Shown here piece by piece: positions 17,091 through 24,994 of a stretch of 51,905 bases of DNA (position 1 is its first letter; every line of letters starts with the position of its first letter). A program made the translations under genes and the position numbers. This stretch comes from a virus (Duplodnaviria > Caudoviricetes). The DNA lies in the IMG/VR virus record IMGVR_UViG_3300049026_000006, positions 1-51,905 of that record, one strand, 5' to 3'. The notes under the pieces were generated by a model. The model did not search any database. It worked only from the letters and a program-made list of their open reading frames with translations, and was not told the origin of the DNA.

Positions 17091-17704
17091 GCAGCTTCCC
17101 CTTTTTTCAGTTCGCGGGTCTTGGCCCGGTATTCGGCGGTCATCGCCTTCAGTTGTTCGACGGTGTACTTCTTGGCCTCATGAGGGCCTTCGATCCAAGC
17201 CAGCTTCTCGGCGCCGATCTTTTCCAGCAGGCGCGGGCGGTAGCCGAGAATGTTTCCGGACTTCGATAAGTTGCAGTTCTTGTTGCACTGGAGGTGCACA
17301 TTCAATGGCTCAAAGCGGAGTTCTGGACACGCAGCAGTCGTTCTGTAGTGGCCGGCGCAGTACTGAACGTCCGCGGTGGTGCCGCATGAAATGCATGGCT
17401 GACCAGCATCACGCGCCCGTATCCAGGCGTTGAATGCGTGCTGAGTATCCTTGAGGTGATCCGCCCTGCTCTTCAGCTTCTCCTTGCGTACCTTGATCTC
17501 CCGGCGCTCGACCTGGGCCAGGGACTTGCGGGCGGCTTCTTGGCCTTTCTCCGACTGAGCGTGAGCAATGGCGCAGGCGATTTCCCCACACACGGCTTGC
17601 GATTCTCGGGCTGGCGCGTACATCACGCGGCATTCCGGGCAACGCTTGCGGCGTGGGCTGGCGGACTTGAGCGGGGTCTTTCGCAGCAGTGGGGTGCGTT
17701 TCAT
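17087..17704 (-). CDS. ninG: NinG/Rap recombination endonuclease
   Basis: AFNAWIRARDAGQPCISCG...AGHYRT...LRFEPLNVHLQCNKNCN. Confidence 0.92.
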   Translation of the reverse strand: MKRTPLLRKTPLKSASPRRKRCPECRVMYAPARESQAVCGEIACAIAHAQSEKGQEAARKSLAQVERREIKVRKEKLKSRADHLKDTQHAFNAWIRARDAGQPCISCGTTADVQYCAGHYRTTAACPELRFEPLNVHLQCNKNCNLSKSGNILGYRPRLLEKIGAEKLAWIEGPHEAKKYTVEQLKAMTAEYRAKTRELKKGEAA

Positions 17705-18009
17705 GCCAACACCTCCCGCGACTTCTGCTGCTCTGGTGCGTACTCGGCGCGCAGGGGCATGAGATGAGCAGGATCAACCAGAGACCAGCCGTATTGCTCA
17801 CACCACGACAAAAGGCCTTCGCCCACAACCACCCAGGCCGGTCCTACATCACCGTTCTTAATGCGCATTCCATCCTCAGGAGCTCTCCAGTTGCTGACTT
17901 GCTCAGGAATCAAAAACTCAATAAGTTCGCAAACCTTTCCAATGTTATCTGCCGTTGTGTGTGCGCCCACAATCAACGCCAAGTCACCCGGCTTGAAGTT
18001 GTGGCTCAT
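17701..18009 (-). CDS. Hypothetical nin-region protein
   Basis: MSHNFKPGDLALIV...HLMPLR; ATGA coupling. Confidence 0.65.
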   Translation of the reverse strand: MSHNFKPGDLALIVGAHTTADNIGKVCELIEFLIPEQVSNWRAPEDGMRIKNGDVGPAWVVVGEGLLSWCEQYGWSLVDPAHLMPLRAEYAPEQQKSREVLA

Positions 18010-18521
18010 GCCGCCTCCTTGAATGCTTCGAACTCAGCCATTTCGGTCAGGCGCTCCTCGGTGAGGGTCGGCCAGTCATGCAGCACTAGGTAAGCGCAGC
18101 ACTGGCGCCAGAAGTCTTGGAAGACCTCCTCGCCCATCGAGTCGTAGGAGAGGCTTTGGGGCGTCTTGCGGGTGAGCTGGCCCAGGCCCGGGATGTCGAA
18201 CAGTTCCTCGTCGCAGTAAACGCCAGACTCCAGTTGCAGGGCCTTGATGGCGTCGTGGGACTGCTTGCCGGAGAATCGGTCAATGTTCTGGCTCAGTACC
18301 CGGCCAAGGCCGTGGACCAAGCCATTGAACCGTGGGTTGCGCGGCTGCTTGAGGTCGGCGCGGATCTTGGTGTTGATCTTGAAGTCACGCTCACGGAGGA
18401 TCGACCGGTCGGCGTCGGAGGACGGCACGAACGCGGCCACCTCCTTGCCGGTTGCCGGATCTACCAGGCGGCGCAGGATCAGATACACGGGCATTGGGCG
18501 GGGCTTGGATGGCTTAGTCAT
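18006..18521 (-). CDS. DUF1367-like nin-region protein
   Basis: QPRNPRF...PQSLSYDSMGEEVF pattern. Confidence 0.6.
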   Translation of the reverse strand: MTKPSKPRPMPVYLILRRLVDPATGKEVAAFVPSSDADRSILRERDFKINTKIRADLKQPRNPRFNGLVHGLGRVLSQNIDRFSGKQSHDAIKALQLESGVYCDEELFDIPGLGQLTRKTPQSLSYDSMGEEVFQDFWRQCCAYLVLHDWPTLTEERLTEMAEFEAFKEAA

Positions 18522-18696
18522 GGCGAGCCCTCCCCTTAGCTAAGAAGTCTCGAAGCTCGATGTCGTTAGCCCAGTCATCGGTCCAAGCCGCAAGCAGGGT
18601 CACCGGAATGGCGAGCAGAATGATTTCATCCTTGAAAAAGCAGGCGATGATCAGCACCAGTCCGGCGATAGTGAAAATCCAGGAAATCGCCCTCAT
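18514..18696 (-). CDS. Small membrane protein
   Basis: MRAISWIFTIAGLVLIIACFF; two hydrophobic stretches; ATGA overlap. Confidence 0.55.
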   Translation of the reverse strand: MRAISWIFTIAGLVLIIACFFKDEIILLAIPVTLLAAWTDDWANDIELRDFLAKGRARHD

Positions 18697-19136
18697 GACT
18701 GCTCTCCCTTGCCCATGGCGGCGTCGGCCAGAGCGTCGGCAGCCTTCTCGCACACATGCCAGTCATCCGAGGTGTCGCGGATGTAGGTCAGCGCTGTGCG
18801 CAGTTTCTCCACCTCAGCCTTCAGCTCAGCATTCACCTGCTCGTAGGCTTGGTAGCCGGTCTTTAGGCCGGCGATTTCGGCCTTGAGCTGCTTTATCTGA
18901 TCTGTCAGCGATTCCCCGGCGAGCAGGAGTAATTCCTTCTCTGCCTTGATCTGGTCGTGCTCGGCGATCAGGGCTCGTACTTGTCCCGGGTCGCACGCGG
19001 CAATGAACTCGGCATCTGGCAAGCTGAAGTGCGGCTGCTTGAAGCACTCAGCGGTGTACCACTGATCCTTTCCAACTTCGCCGCCCCAGTTTTTCGCGGC
19101 GTCAGCCAGCCGCTTCAGTTCGTCGTGCTGGCTCAT
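18693..19136 (-). CDS. Ead/Ea22-like protein
   Basis: DELKRLADAA...DAEFIAACDPGQVRALI followed by a coiled coil. Confidence 0.65.
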   Translation of the reverse strand: MSQHDELKRLADAAKNWGGEVGKDQWYTAECFKQPHFSLPDAEFIAACDPGQVRALIAEHDQIKAEKELLLLAGESLTDQIKQLKAEIAGLKTGYQAYEQVNAELKAEVEKLRTALTYIRDTSDDWHVCEKAADALADAAMGKGEQS

Positions 19137-19486
19137 GACTTCACCTTCACGCCTGCTGCTTCGATGGCTTTGGCGCAGGCTTCACGCATGCGAGCCGCCG
19201 AGTGGTAGGCGTCCATGTAGCTGTCGTCGATGGCTTCCTCGGGCTCTTCTGGGATCTCCGGAATAGGAGGAAGCTCGACCACCGGGGAGGATCTGGAAGC
19301 CTGCCAGGACATCCATCCGCGCCCCGTTTCGTGACAGGCGTAAGGCTGGTCAACGTCATCAGTGAGCGGAAAAGAGCACCGATGAAGGTCCATCGTTTCC
19401 GTGTTCATGGTTTCGGACCACCAGGCCTCGAACTCTTCGCGCGATTTGATGGCTTGGCGTAGCTGTACTGGGGATGCTCGTTTCAT
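19133..19486 (-). CDS. Hypothetical protein
   Basis: SREEFEAWW...WQASR...VELP...AIEAAGVKV pattern common in phage nin regions. Confidence 0.65.
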   Translation of the reverse strand: MKRASPVQLRQAIKSREEFEAWWSETMNTETMDLHRCSFPLTDDVDQPYACHETGRGWMSWQASRSSPVVELPPIPEIPEEPEEAIDDSYMDAYHSAARMREACAKAIEAAGVKVKS

Positions 19487-20259
19487 GTCCGTTGCTCCAA
19501 TTCCTGGGCCTGCTTGATCAGCAGCGCGCGGCGATCCGCCAGTTCGTTGGCAGCCTCAATCCGCATTTCGTCTTTTTTTTCAGCGCTGGCGGCGCGCATT
19601 TCCAGCATCGAGGACTTCACCAGATGCAGTTTTTCGCGCAGGGCCGGGGCTGGCCGGGTGACGGCGCCAGTGAGCAATCCCGCGACGGCGCGCCCGTCTT
19701 CGGTGATAGGCACGATACTCAGGTCGGCCAGGTACTTCTGGGCGCGCTCCTGGGGGATTCGCTTCAGCTCCATGGCCTTGGTTACGGCCTGGTTACGGCG
19801 ATTGGCGTCAAAGCCCACAGAGACGTGCCAGTTGACCGGCCTTGCGTCATCCCTTGCCTGACCCACGAAACGCTCGTACGCGCTGATGAAGGCCATCCGT
19901 GCGCCGATTTTGTCGCCAGCGTCGAGCACAGGCTTGGCAGCGGCCAGGGCCAACTGGATTTCATCGGTCAGCACCACGGTTTCGAACTCGTCGTTCGTGG
20001 TCATGGCGATGGCCCATGCCTCATCCTTGCCCGGGCGACCATCGGCCGCCTGGACGCGTTGCAGGATGGCGGCCAGGGTCAGCTTGCCAGTGACTTCACG
20101 GCGGCAGGCCCACAGTGCGTTGGCGATCACATCCATCGGGTGCTCAGCCAGATCCTCGGCCATCAGCTTGGCGGCTGGAGCGCTCAGGGTTTGCCCAAGG
20201 GTTTCAGCAGTGGCGCAGATCGCCATGCTCAGCTCAGCGGTTTCGGCGAAGGAAAGCAT
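19483..20259 (-). CDS. Replication protein P-like (helicase loader)
   Basis: Starts at MLSFAETAELS with GGAGG RBS; directly downstream of the initiator; DGRPGKDEAWA motif. Confidence 0.65.
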   Translation of the reverse strand: MLSFAETAELSMAICATAETLGQTLSAPAAKLMAEDLAEHPMDVIANALWACRREVTGKLTLAAILQRVQAADGRPGKDEAWAIAMTTNDEFETVVLTDEIQLALAAAKPVLDAGDKIGARMAFISAYERFVGQARDDARPVNWHVSVGFDANRRNQAVTKAMELKRIPQERAQKYLADLSIVPITEDGRAVAGLLTGAVTRPAPALREKLHLVKSSMLEMRAASAEKKDEMRIEAANELADRRALLIKQAQELEQRT

Positions 20260-21175
20260 TGGCCTGACCTCCTTCGAGAATGCTGCGACTGGCCTCCTGA
20301 GCGGCGCTGATGTTCGCCTGGGTGTTCTCCATCTGGCGGGCGGTGACGGCGTTGACCTGGCGGCCGGTGAGCCACTGGGTGCGGATGCCCTCGGCGCGGG
20401 CGACCAGTAGGCCAAGTTCGTGAGAGCTGCGGATGAAGAACGAGTCGTTGATGGTCACGTAGAACATCGCGACCTGCGGCGCCTCCTCTGCCCCAAGGCG
20501 CTGCACAAGCTGGGCGACCTGGGCGTTCACCTTCGCGTTGCGCACAGGTTCGACGCCATAGCGCTCAAGGTAAGCAATCGTGTAGGCGTCCCAGGTGTTG
20601 GTGTTGGCGATCTGGGCTTCAGTCTTCTGCCGTGGCGCCTTTGGCTTCAGCACCTGAATGTTCGTCGGCGCGGCCGGAGCTTCAGCGACTGGCAAGTGTT
20701 TTTGATCTTCGATCGGCAGATCAAGAGAGAGGGAATCAGGAATCAGGAATCCGGAATCAAGAGAGAGGGAATCAGCCGGGAAAGAACTGTTCTTGTCTGG
20801 TGCTTGCATGGTGCTAGCACCAGTCTTTACCGGGCAAGGCTCTACTGCGGGCTTTTCCGGGATAGTGCTCTTGGCTTCCTTGAGGTGTGGATTCTGGTGC
20901 TTGGCCCAGTTCACCACCTGGATGTAGTTGCGACCATCAACGCTGTATCGGTCGATGAACTCCAACTCATGGAGGATATAGAGCATGGCATCGATATCAA
21001 CATTGTCGGCCGGGAACAGCGCCATTTTCAGACGGCGTGGGCGATCTTCCAGGCGCCCTTCCCGATCAGCCTCGGTCCACATGCCAATGAAGAGTAAGCG
21101 GGTGGCAAAATCCACCTCGGCCAGGTGTTCGTTCGAGAAGAACCCCGGCTTGATGTTTCTGGATCTGGCCATCAT
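20234..21175 (-). CDS. Replication initiator (O-like)
   Basis: MARSRNIKPGFF...RLLFIGMWTEADREGR...NWAKHQ N-terminal domain; internal iterons. Confidence 0.85.
   Translation of the reverse strand: MMARSRNIKPGFFSNEHLAEVDFATRLLFIGMWTEADREGRLEDRPRRLKMALFPADNVDIDAMLYILHELEFIDRYSVDGRNYIQVVNWAKHQNPHLKEAKSTIPEKPAVEPCPVKTGASTMQAPDKNSSFPADSLSLDSGFLIPDSLSLDLPIEDQKHLPVAEAPAAPTNIQVLKPKAPRQKTEAQIANTNTWDAYTIAYLERYGVEPVRNAKVNAQVAQLVQRLGAEEAPQVAMFYVTINDSFFIRSSHELGLLVARAEGIRTQWLTGRQVNAVTARQMENTQANISAAQEASRSILEGGQANAFLRRNR
20720..20775. repeat. Replication origin iterons inside the initiator gene
   Basis: 20-bp direct repeat ATCAAGAGAGAGGGAATCAG (20720 and 20756) and five GGAATC(A/C) heptamers. Confidence 0.75.
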
Positions 21176-21531
21176 TGGGCCTCCGGTGTGTTCTTGGCAG
21201 CGTCGTAACGCTCGGCCATGCCAAGCAGATGGCGCAGTGAGCGAGGGTCCTTGAAGCGTGATTCGCTTGCATGCTCAGCGAGTTCAGAGCGCAGCGCGCC
21301 GAACTCAATACCTTCTTCGGGAGATATGCCGTAAGGGCCTACACGCAGCGTCAGATCAAGCCAATTGAAGGCGAGGTGGCATTCATAGCAGCGCTTATGG
21401 CTGTAGCCCTGACCGTCCTGGGCTCCAGAAAGAAGCATGTAGCGGGTGCCAGGAAGGATGAGCCCATGGCACTCTCCACAGGTGTGCTTCTTGCGTGCGC
21501 AGACGCCTTTTTGAGTGAAGAAGTCGCTCAT
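21172..21531 (-). CDS. Zinc-binding hypothetical protein
   Basis: ARKKHTCGEC...IPGTRY-like segment...RCYEC. Confidence 0.65.
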   Translation of the reverse strand: MSDFFTQKGVCARKKHTCGECHGLILPGTRYMLLSGAQDGQGYSHKRCYECHLAFNWLDLTLRVGPYGISPEEGIEFGALRSELAEHASESRFKDPRSLRHLLGMAERYDAAKNTPEAQ

Positions 21532-22325
21532 GCCGCACCCCGCAACGCTTTGTCATGGGTGAACAGGCCGTCCCAGGTCTTCTTCATTGGCAGCTCGCCG
21601 GCCAGGTACAGGTCGTACAGCCGGGCAGCGCCCTTCTTCAGCAGAACGGGCGTGTAGGAGATGAAAGGGTCTTTGCCGTGAGGAGTGACTTCGTGCTGGT
21701 GCTCGGTCATGTACTTGTCACGGGCATAGGACGCCACGCGCAGGCGCAGACCGGTCTTGCTCTCGTTGTAGAGCCAGTTCCGGGTCTCCAGGTACTTGCC
21801 GACCTGCATGACGTTGACCCCATTCAGGCCCTTGCAGAACTGGGTGTGGGTCATGCCTTCCTTGAACAGGTTTTCCAGGGAATGGATCTTGGTGGCCTGT
21901 TGTTCGACCTGGGCGGTCAGCAGCAAGCGGGCCTTTTCAGACTCCATGGCGATCTGCAGGATTTCGATGGTGGAAAGTTGCTGAGGCGGTGACAGGCTAT
22001 TGAGCTTCGCGACCACAGAGCGGCGGACGGCTTTCGACTCGCGCATTGAAACAAGCAGGCACTGGTCCTTCGTCAGCATCAGCCCTTCCGAGGCCGGGCC
22101 ACGCTGATTCTTTACTACGAAAGTTTCGTAGTATTCCCCTTCCAGCTCATCCCGGCACCGGGCAGTAAAGTCTGCTCGGCGGACCTCGCCTTCCCCAAGC
22201 TCTGCTCGGGCAGCGTTCACCAGGTCGAGCAGATCGAAGCTGCTCATTTTGTGCGACACGTTTTCAGATCCGGCGAAACGTGTCGCGACATTGGCCGGGG
22301 GCTTGATGTTTGTGGTGGTTTGCAT
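21528..22325 (-). CDS. Phage antirepressor-like protein (Rha-like N-terminus, KilAC-like C-terminus)
   Basis: MSSFDLLDLVN..R...MRESKAVRRSV and C-terminal FCKGLNGVN...TPVLLKKG..LY motifs. Confidence 0.75.
   Translation of the reverse strand: MQTTTNIKPPANVATRFAGSENVSHKMSSFDLLDLVNAARAELGEGEVRRADFTARCRDELEGEYYETFVVKNQRGPASEGLMLTKDQCLLVSMRESKAVRRSVVAKLNSLSPPQQLSTIEILQIAMESEKARLLLTAQVEQQATKIHSLENLFKEGMTHTQFCKGLNGVNVMQVGKYLETRNWLYNESKTGLRLRVASYARDKYMTEHQHEVTPHGKDPFISYTPVLLKKGAARLYDLYLAGELPMKKTWDGLFTHDKALRGAA
22252..22287. repeat. 36-bp spaced palindrome, copy B
   Basis: TGCGACAC-GTTTTCAGATCCGGCGAAAC-GTGTCGCG, inside the 5' end of the antirepressor gene. Confidence 0.8.
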
Positions 22326-22381
22326 ATAATTCGTCCCACACAGATGTTTAAGAGAGCCGGGTCACTACCCCGGCTTTTTTT
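22303..22381 (+). ncRNA. Putative short antisense RNA unit (oop/sar-like)
   Basis: TTGATG-N16-TATAAT (22303..22330), then AGCCGGG-N7-CCCGGCT plus T tract ending near 22381; antisense to the antirepressor leader. Confidence 0.55.
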
Positions 22382-22410
22382 CGTCTCGGATTTGGCAGAG
22401 GCCCTCTGGA

Positions 22411-22623
22411 TTACCCCGAAGAGTCCCTGCCTGAGGCCCTCATTGGGGGCACCAGCTGAAGGACCTGGGCCTTCTTCCTTCCAACTTCTGAAAGTGCGCC
22501 ACTGGCAATGGCGGTTTCCGTCATTTCGTTGATCGCACGACTGAAGCTCCAGCCGTTCGCGCGCATCAATTCCTCCACCCTCTGTCGAGTCCGCGGAGGC
22601 AGCCTTTCAAGCTCTACGGTCAT
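22411..22623 (-). CDS. Small DNA-binding-like protein
   Basis: 70 aa with GGAGG RBS, in the cII position. Confidence 0.6.
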   Translation of the reverse strand: MTVELERLPPRTRQRVEELMRANGWSFSRAINEMTETAIASGALSEVGRKKAQVLQLVPPMRASGRDSSG

Positions 22624-22642
22624 TTGGCCCTCCAAAGGGGCT

Positions 22643-22843
22643 TCAGCCCGCGATATCTTCTTGTTTATCCTGCATCAGTTCCTCGATCACGCCGTTGGCT
22701 ACGGCCCACTCGATGATTTCGTACAGGTAGGTCGCGTGCTGCATGCGGGTCTTGGTTGCGGCTTTACGCAGAATCCGATCAAGCACTGGTTCGAATCGAA
22801 CCTTCACCGGGATGGCGCGCTTTTGATTGGGGTCCATGTACAT
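22643..22843 (-). CDS. Ribbon-helix-helix-like regulator (cII position)
   Basis: MYMDPNQKRAIPVKVRF...; AGGAG RBS; directly after cro. Confidence 0.65.
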   Translation of the reverse strand: MYMDPNQKRAIPVKVRFEPVLDRILRKAATKTRMQHATYLYEIIEWAVANGVIEELMQDKQEDIAG

Positions 22844-22872
22844 GCTTCGATGCTCCTGGCTATTGAGGTGGG

Positions 22873-23082
22873 TTAAGCGGCAGATTTCTTGGTCGAGCTG
22901 GCAGGGTCATCCAGGCGGCTCGCGGTGAGCTTCCCGGCGGATTCCTTTTCCAACACGCATTGCATTGGGTAGGAGAAGCCGCCGGCGGATCGGCACTGCG
23001 AGACGCGGCTCCGGGTGACGCTTAATGCATCACCGATGGCGCCGGGCGTACCGAAGAATTGCAGGGCTTGGTCATAGGTCAT
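22873..23082 (-). CDS. cro: Cro repressor
   Basis: 69-aa HTH, MTYDQALQFFGTPGAIGDALSVTRSRVSQ; divergent from cI. Confidence 0.85.
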   Translation of the reverse strand: MTYDQALQFFGTPGAIGDALSVTRSRVSQCRSAGGFSYPMQCVLEKESAGKLTASRLDDPASSTKKSAA

Positions 23083-23110
23083 TTAAGGTTTCTCCACTTC
23101 ACTGCATCGG

Positions 23111-23175
23111 AGTTTAGAAATATTAACAAGAAAAGGCAAGTTATCTAAACTGCTCAATGTTTAGAATCCTTAACC
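23111..23175. promoter_or_regulatory. OR operators (three 18-bp sites) with PR and PRM
   Basis: AGTTTAG-AAAT-ATTAACA (23111), AGGCAAG-TTAT-CTAAACT (23134), TGTTTAG-AATC-CTTAACC (23158). PR on the minus strand is TTGCCT-N17-TAAACT; PRM -10 TAGAAT at 23162. Confidence 0.8.
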
Positions 23176-23889
23176 ATGAATTTCAGCGAACGAGTTAAAG
23201 AGCGCATGGCGGCCTTGGGGCTACGTGCGACCGATATAAGCGAACGGACAGGCGTCTCTCGGACGACCGTCTCCTTTTGGCTGTCTGGAACGAACGGGGC
23301 GAAGGGGAAGAACCTTTTGTCCCTGGCTAAGGCCCTGGACTGCTCGCCGGAGTGGCTATCGAGTGGAGCGGAGCCGGTGCAGCCCGGGAGGCAAGTCAAC
23401 CTGTCCTCTATTGATGCGTGGGATGACGAAACTCCGCTCGATGACGACGAGGTCTACGTACCATTTCTTGAGGAGGTCGAACTGGCTGCAGGTTCTGGCC
23501 GCTTCGCGATTGAGGAAAGCGACAGCGCCAGGCTGCGGTTCTATAAGAAGGACTTGCGCAACAACAATGTGCAGTTCAGCAACGCCAAGTGCGTCATGGT
23601 CAGCGGCAACAGCATGGTCCCCGTCCTGCGCGACGGTGCCACCGTAGGTATCAACGTCGGCAAGAACTCTTTGCGCGACGTGGTGGACGGCGAGATGTAC
23701 GCGATCAACCATAACGGCCAGCTTCGCGTGAAGCAGCTATACCGGCTTCCAACGGGGATTCGCCTGCGTAGCTTCAACCGCGATGAGCATCCCGATGAGG
23801 ACTACACCTTCCAGGATATCCAGGATCAGCAGATCGTGATCCTCGGCCATGTCTTCTGGTGGGCGATGTATTCCCGCAGCCCTTCGTAA
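23176..23889 (+). CDS. cI: CI repressor (HTH plus S24 autopeptidase)
   Basis: N-terminal HTH, AG cleavage site (LAAGSG), catalytic GNSM and RVK. Confidence 0.95.
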   Translation: MNFSERVKERMAALGLRATDISERTGVSRTTVSFWLSGTNGAKGKNLLSLAKALDCSPEWLSSGAEPVQPGRQVNLSSIDAWDDETPLDDDEVYVPFLEEVELAAGSGRFAIEESDSARLRFYKKDLRNNNVQFSNAKCVMVSGNSMVPVLRDGATVGINVGKNSLRDVVDGEMYAINHNGQLRVKQLYRLPTGIRLRSFNRDEHPDEDYTFQDIQDQQIVILGHVFWWAMYSRSPS

Positions 23890-23906
23890 CCTCCCCTCAC
23901 CGAATT

Positions 23907-23931
23907 AGCCCGCCGCCGAGCGGGCTTTTTT
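23907..23931 (+). terminator. cI terminator
   Basis: AGCCCGC-N6-GCGGGCT plus T tract. Confidence 0.8.
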
Positions 23932-23939
23932 GTGCCTGG

Positions 23940-24013
23940 AATTCAGGCTTCTAAACTTTTTGTTAAGTTTTCTAAAAATAAGGCTTGACCAATCTTGTTA
24001 AGTTTTCTAAATT
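23940..24013 (+). promoter_or_regulatory. OL operators (three sites) and PL promoter
   Basis: AATTCAG-GCTT-CTAAACT (23940) and TGTTAAG-TTTT-CTAAA (23961, 23996); PL is TTGACC-N17-TAAATT (23985..24013). Confidence 0.85.
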
Positions 24014-24060
24014 CACCTCAACGCCAACGCAAGAAGGCGCCAGGGCCTCAACAGTCCCGC

Positions 24061-24069
24061 CGCTCTTTA
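24061..24069 (+). promoter_or_regulatory. boxA antitermination element
   Basis: CGCTCTTTA about 40 nt after the PL start, followed by the hairpin GCCGG-ATTACCA-CCGGC. Confidence 0.7.
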
Positions 24070-24381
24070 GCTCCACCCCTTGCCGGATTACCACCGGCCC
24101 AGATTCAAAGGCAGCGATGAACCGGCCTAAACGGTTCAGAGGGTTGGCAACTGACCCGGGCGTGCAGCGTAAAGCGCCAAGAACAGTTATCCAGCGGGAG
24201 AACAAGCCGAAAGGCCCGCGGCTGGAGGAACAACTTGATTGAGCCCGTACCGCGCCAGTAGCGCCGAAGGGACACGTCAAACACAGATGGCCCCCTGCTG
24301 TTTCAGGTCGGCCATCTGGCTTTACAAATGCCTCTCACACCCCGGGAGGTATTTGAAAGCCAAACAACGGAGCATGACGAA

Positions 24382-24561
24382 ATGGCCTTTAAGTCATTCA
24401 CTAAAGAAATCGCTGTCGAGCAGGCCCGCTACTTCAGCCATGCGGCAGTGTTTGCAGCAAAGCTCGGCAGTCTCCCGGCCACTATCGAAATGTGCCGCAA
24501 GCGCCGCGATGAATGGATGCGTGTTGCTCGCGGCGAGATTCGTCACCCCTTCTTCGCATAG
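24382..24561 (+). CDS. Small basic protein, first PL gene
   Basis: 59 aa with GGAG RBS; MAFKSFTKE...CRKRRDEWMRVAR. Confidence 0.55.
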   Translation: MAFKSFTKEIAVEQARYFSHAAVFAAKLGSLPATIEMCRKRRDEWMRVARGEIRHPFFA

Positions 24562-24624
24562 ACAACCAGCGCCACGACAGCCTGTCGTTAACTGCCCGAG
24601 CACCTGGTACTCCCCAGCACCAGG

Positions 24625-24752
24625 CCGCATCGGAGTGTGATCTGCCTGCACCTAAAAACATATGCCTCTCTTGGGGAGGCGGGTGATCTAGCAGGTTTCG
24701 ACCGGTAATCCGGACAGGCTACCCCGGACTGGCAGATCACACCCCGATGCGG
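24625..24752 (+). repeat. 22-bp inverted repeat enclosing an 84-nt structured loop
   Basis: CCGCATCGGAGTGTGATCTGCC / GGCAGATCACACCCCGATGCGG, 21 of 22 pairs. Confidence 0.85.
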
Positions 24753-24795
24753 ACGAAACTGCGGCCTATAACCGCCCACCTGCATCACCGCAACA

Positions 24796-24993
24796 CGCAG
24801 ATGAATGCCCGGGCTGACGGGCAAGTGTAAGACCTGAGGGATCGCGGGAATCGTGGCCGGTAGAGTGAGTAAGCGCCCAGATGGCCACGGCGAGTCCAAG
24901 AATAAGCGGCTGAAACCTTCGCCCCGGTGAAACTCCGGTGTCACTAAGGCCGCTAATAGTCATGCCGGGATCAGCTCCGGCCATCTGCGCCCA
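24796..24993 (+). ncRNA. tRNA-shaped ncRNA with large internal insert
   Basis: 8-bp acceptor CGCAGATG/CATCTGCG plus CCCA; 6-bp D-like stem (loop GGCTGA); 5-bp T-like stem (loop GATCAGCT); no anticodon arm. Confidence 0.6.
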
Positions 24994-24994
24994 T

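Noticed and set aside
20773-20785. CAGCCGGGAAAGA identical to part of the 25077 RNA motif
   Set aside because: Antisense to the replication gene, lacks the closing stem, and is adjacent to the iterons; likely coincidence.
23985-24242. 85-aa ORF as an N antiterminator
   Set aside because: Its start is the PL -35 hexamer, so it is not transcribed from PL; the internal ATG has no convincing SD and the region is dominated by hairpins.
24590-24760. Hammerhead ribozyme suggested by GGACGAAAC
   Set aside because: No CUGANGA core is correctly placed upstream (only CTGCCCGA), and no stem I/III pairing was found.
24796-24993. tRNA-Sec or tmRNA call for the tRNA-shaped element
   Set aside because: No UCA anticodon arm, no TTCGA T-loop, no G3-U70 alanine identity, no evident tag reading frame, and too short for tmRNA.
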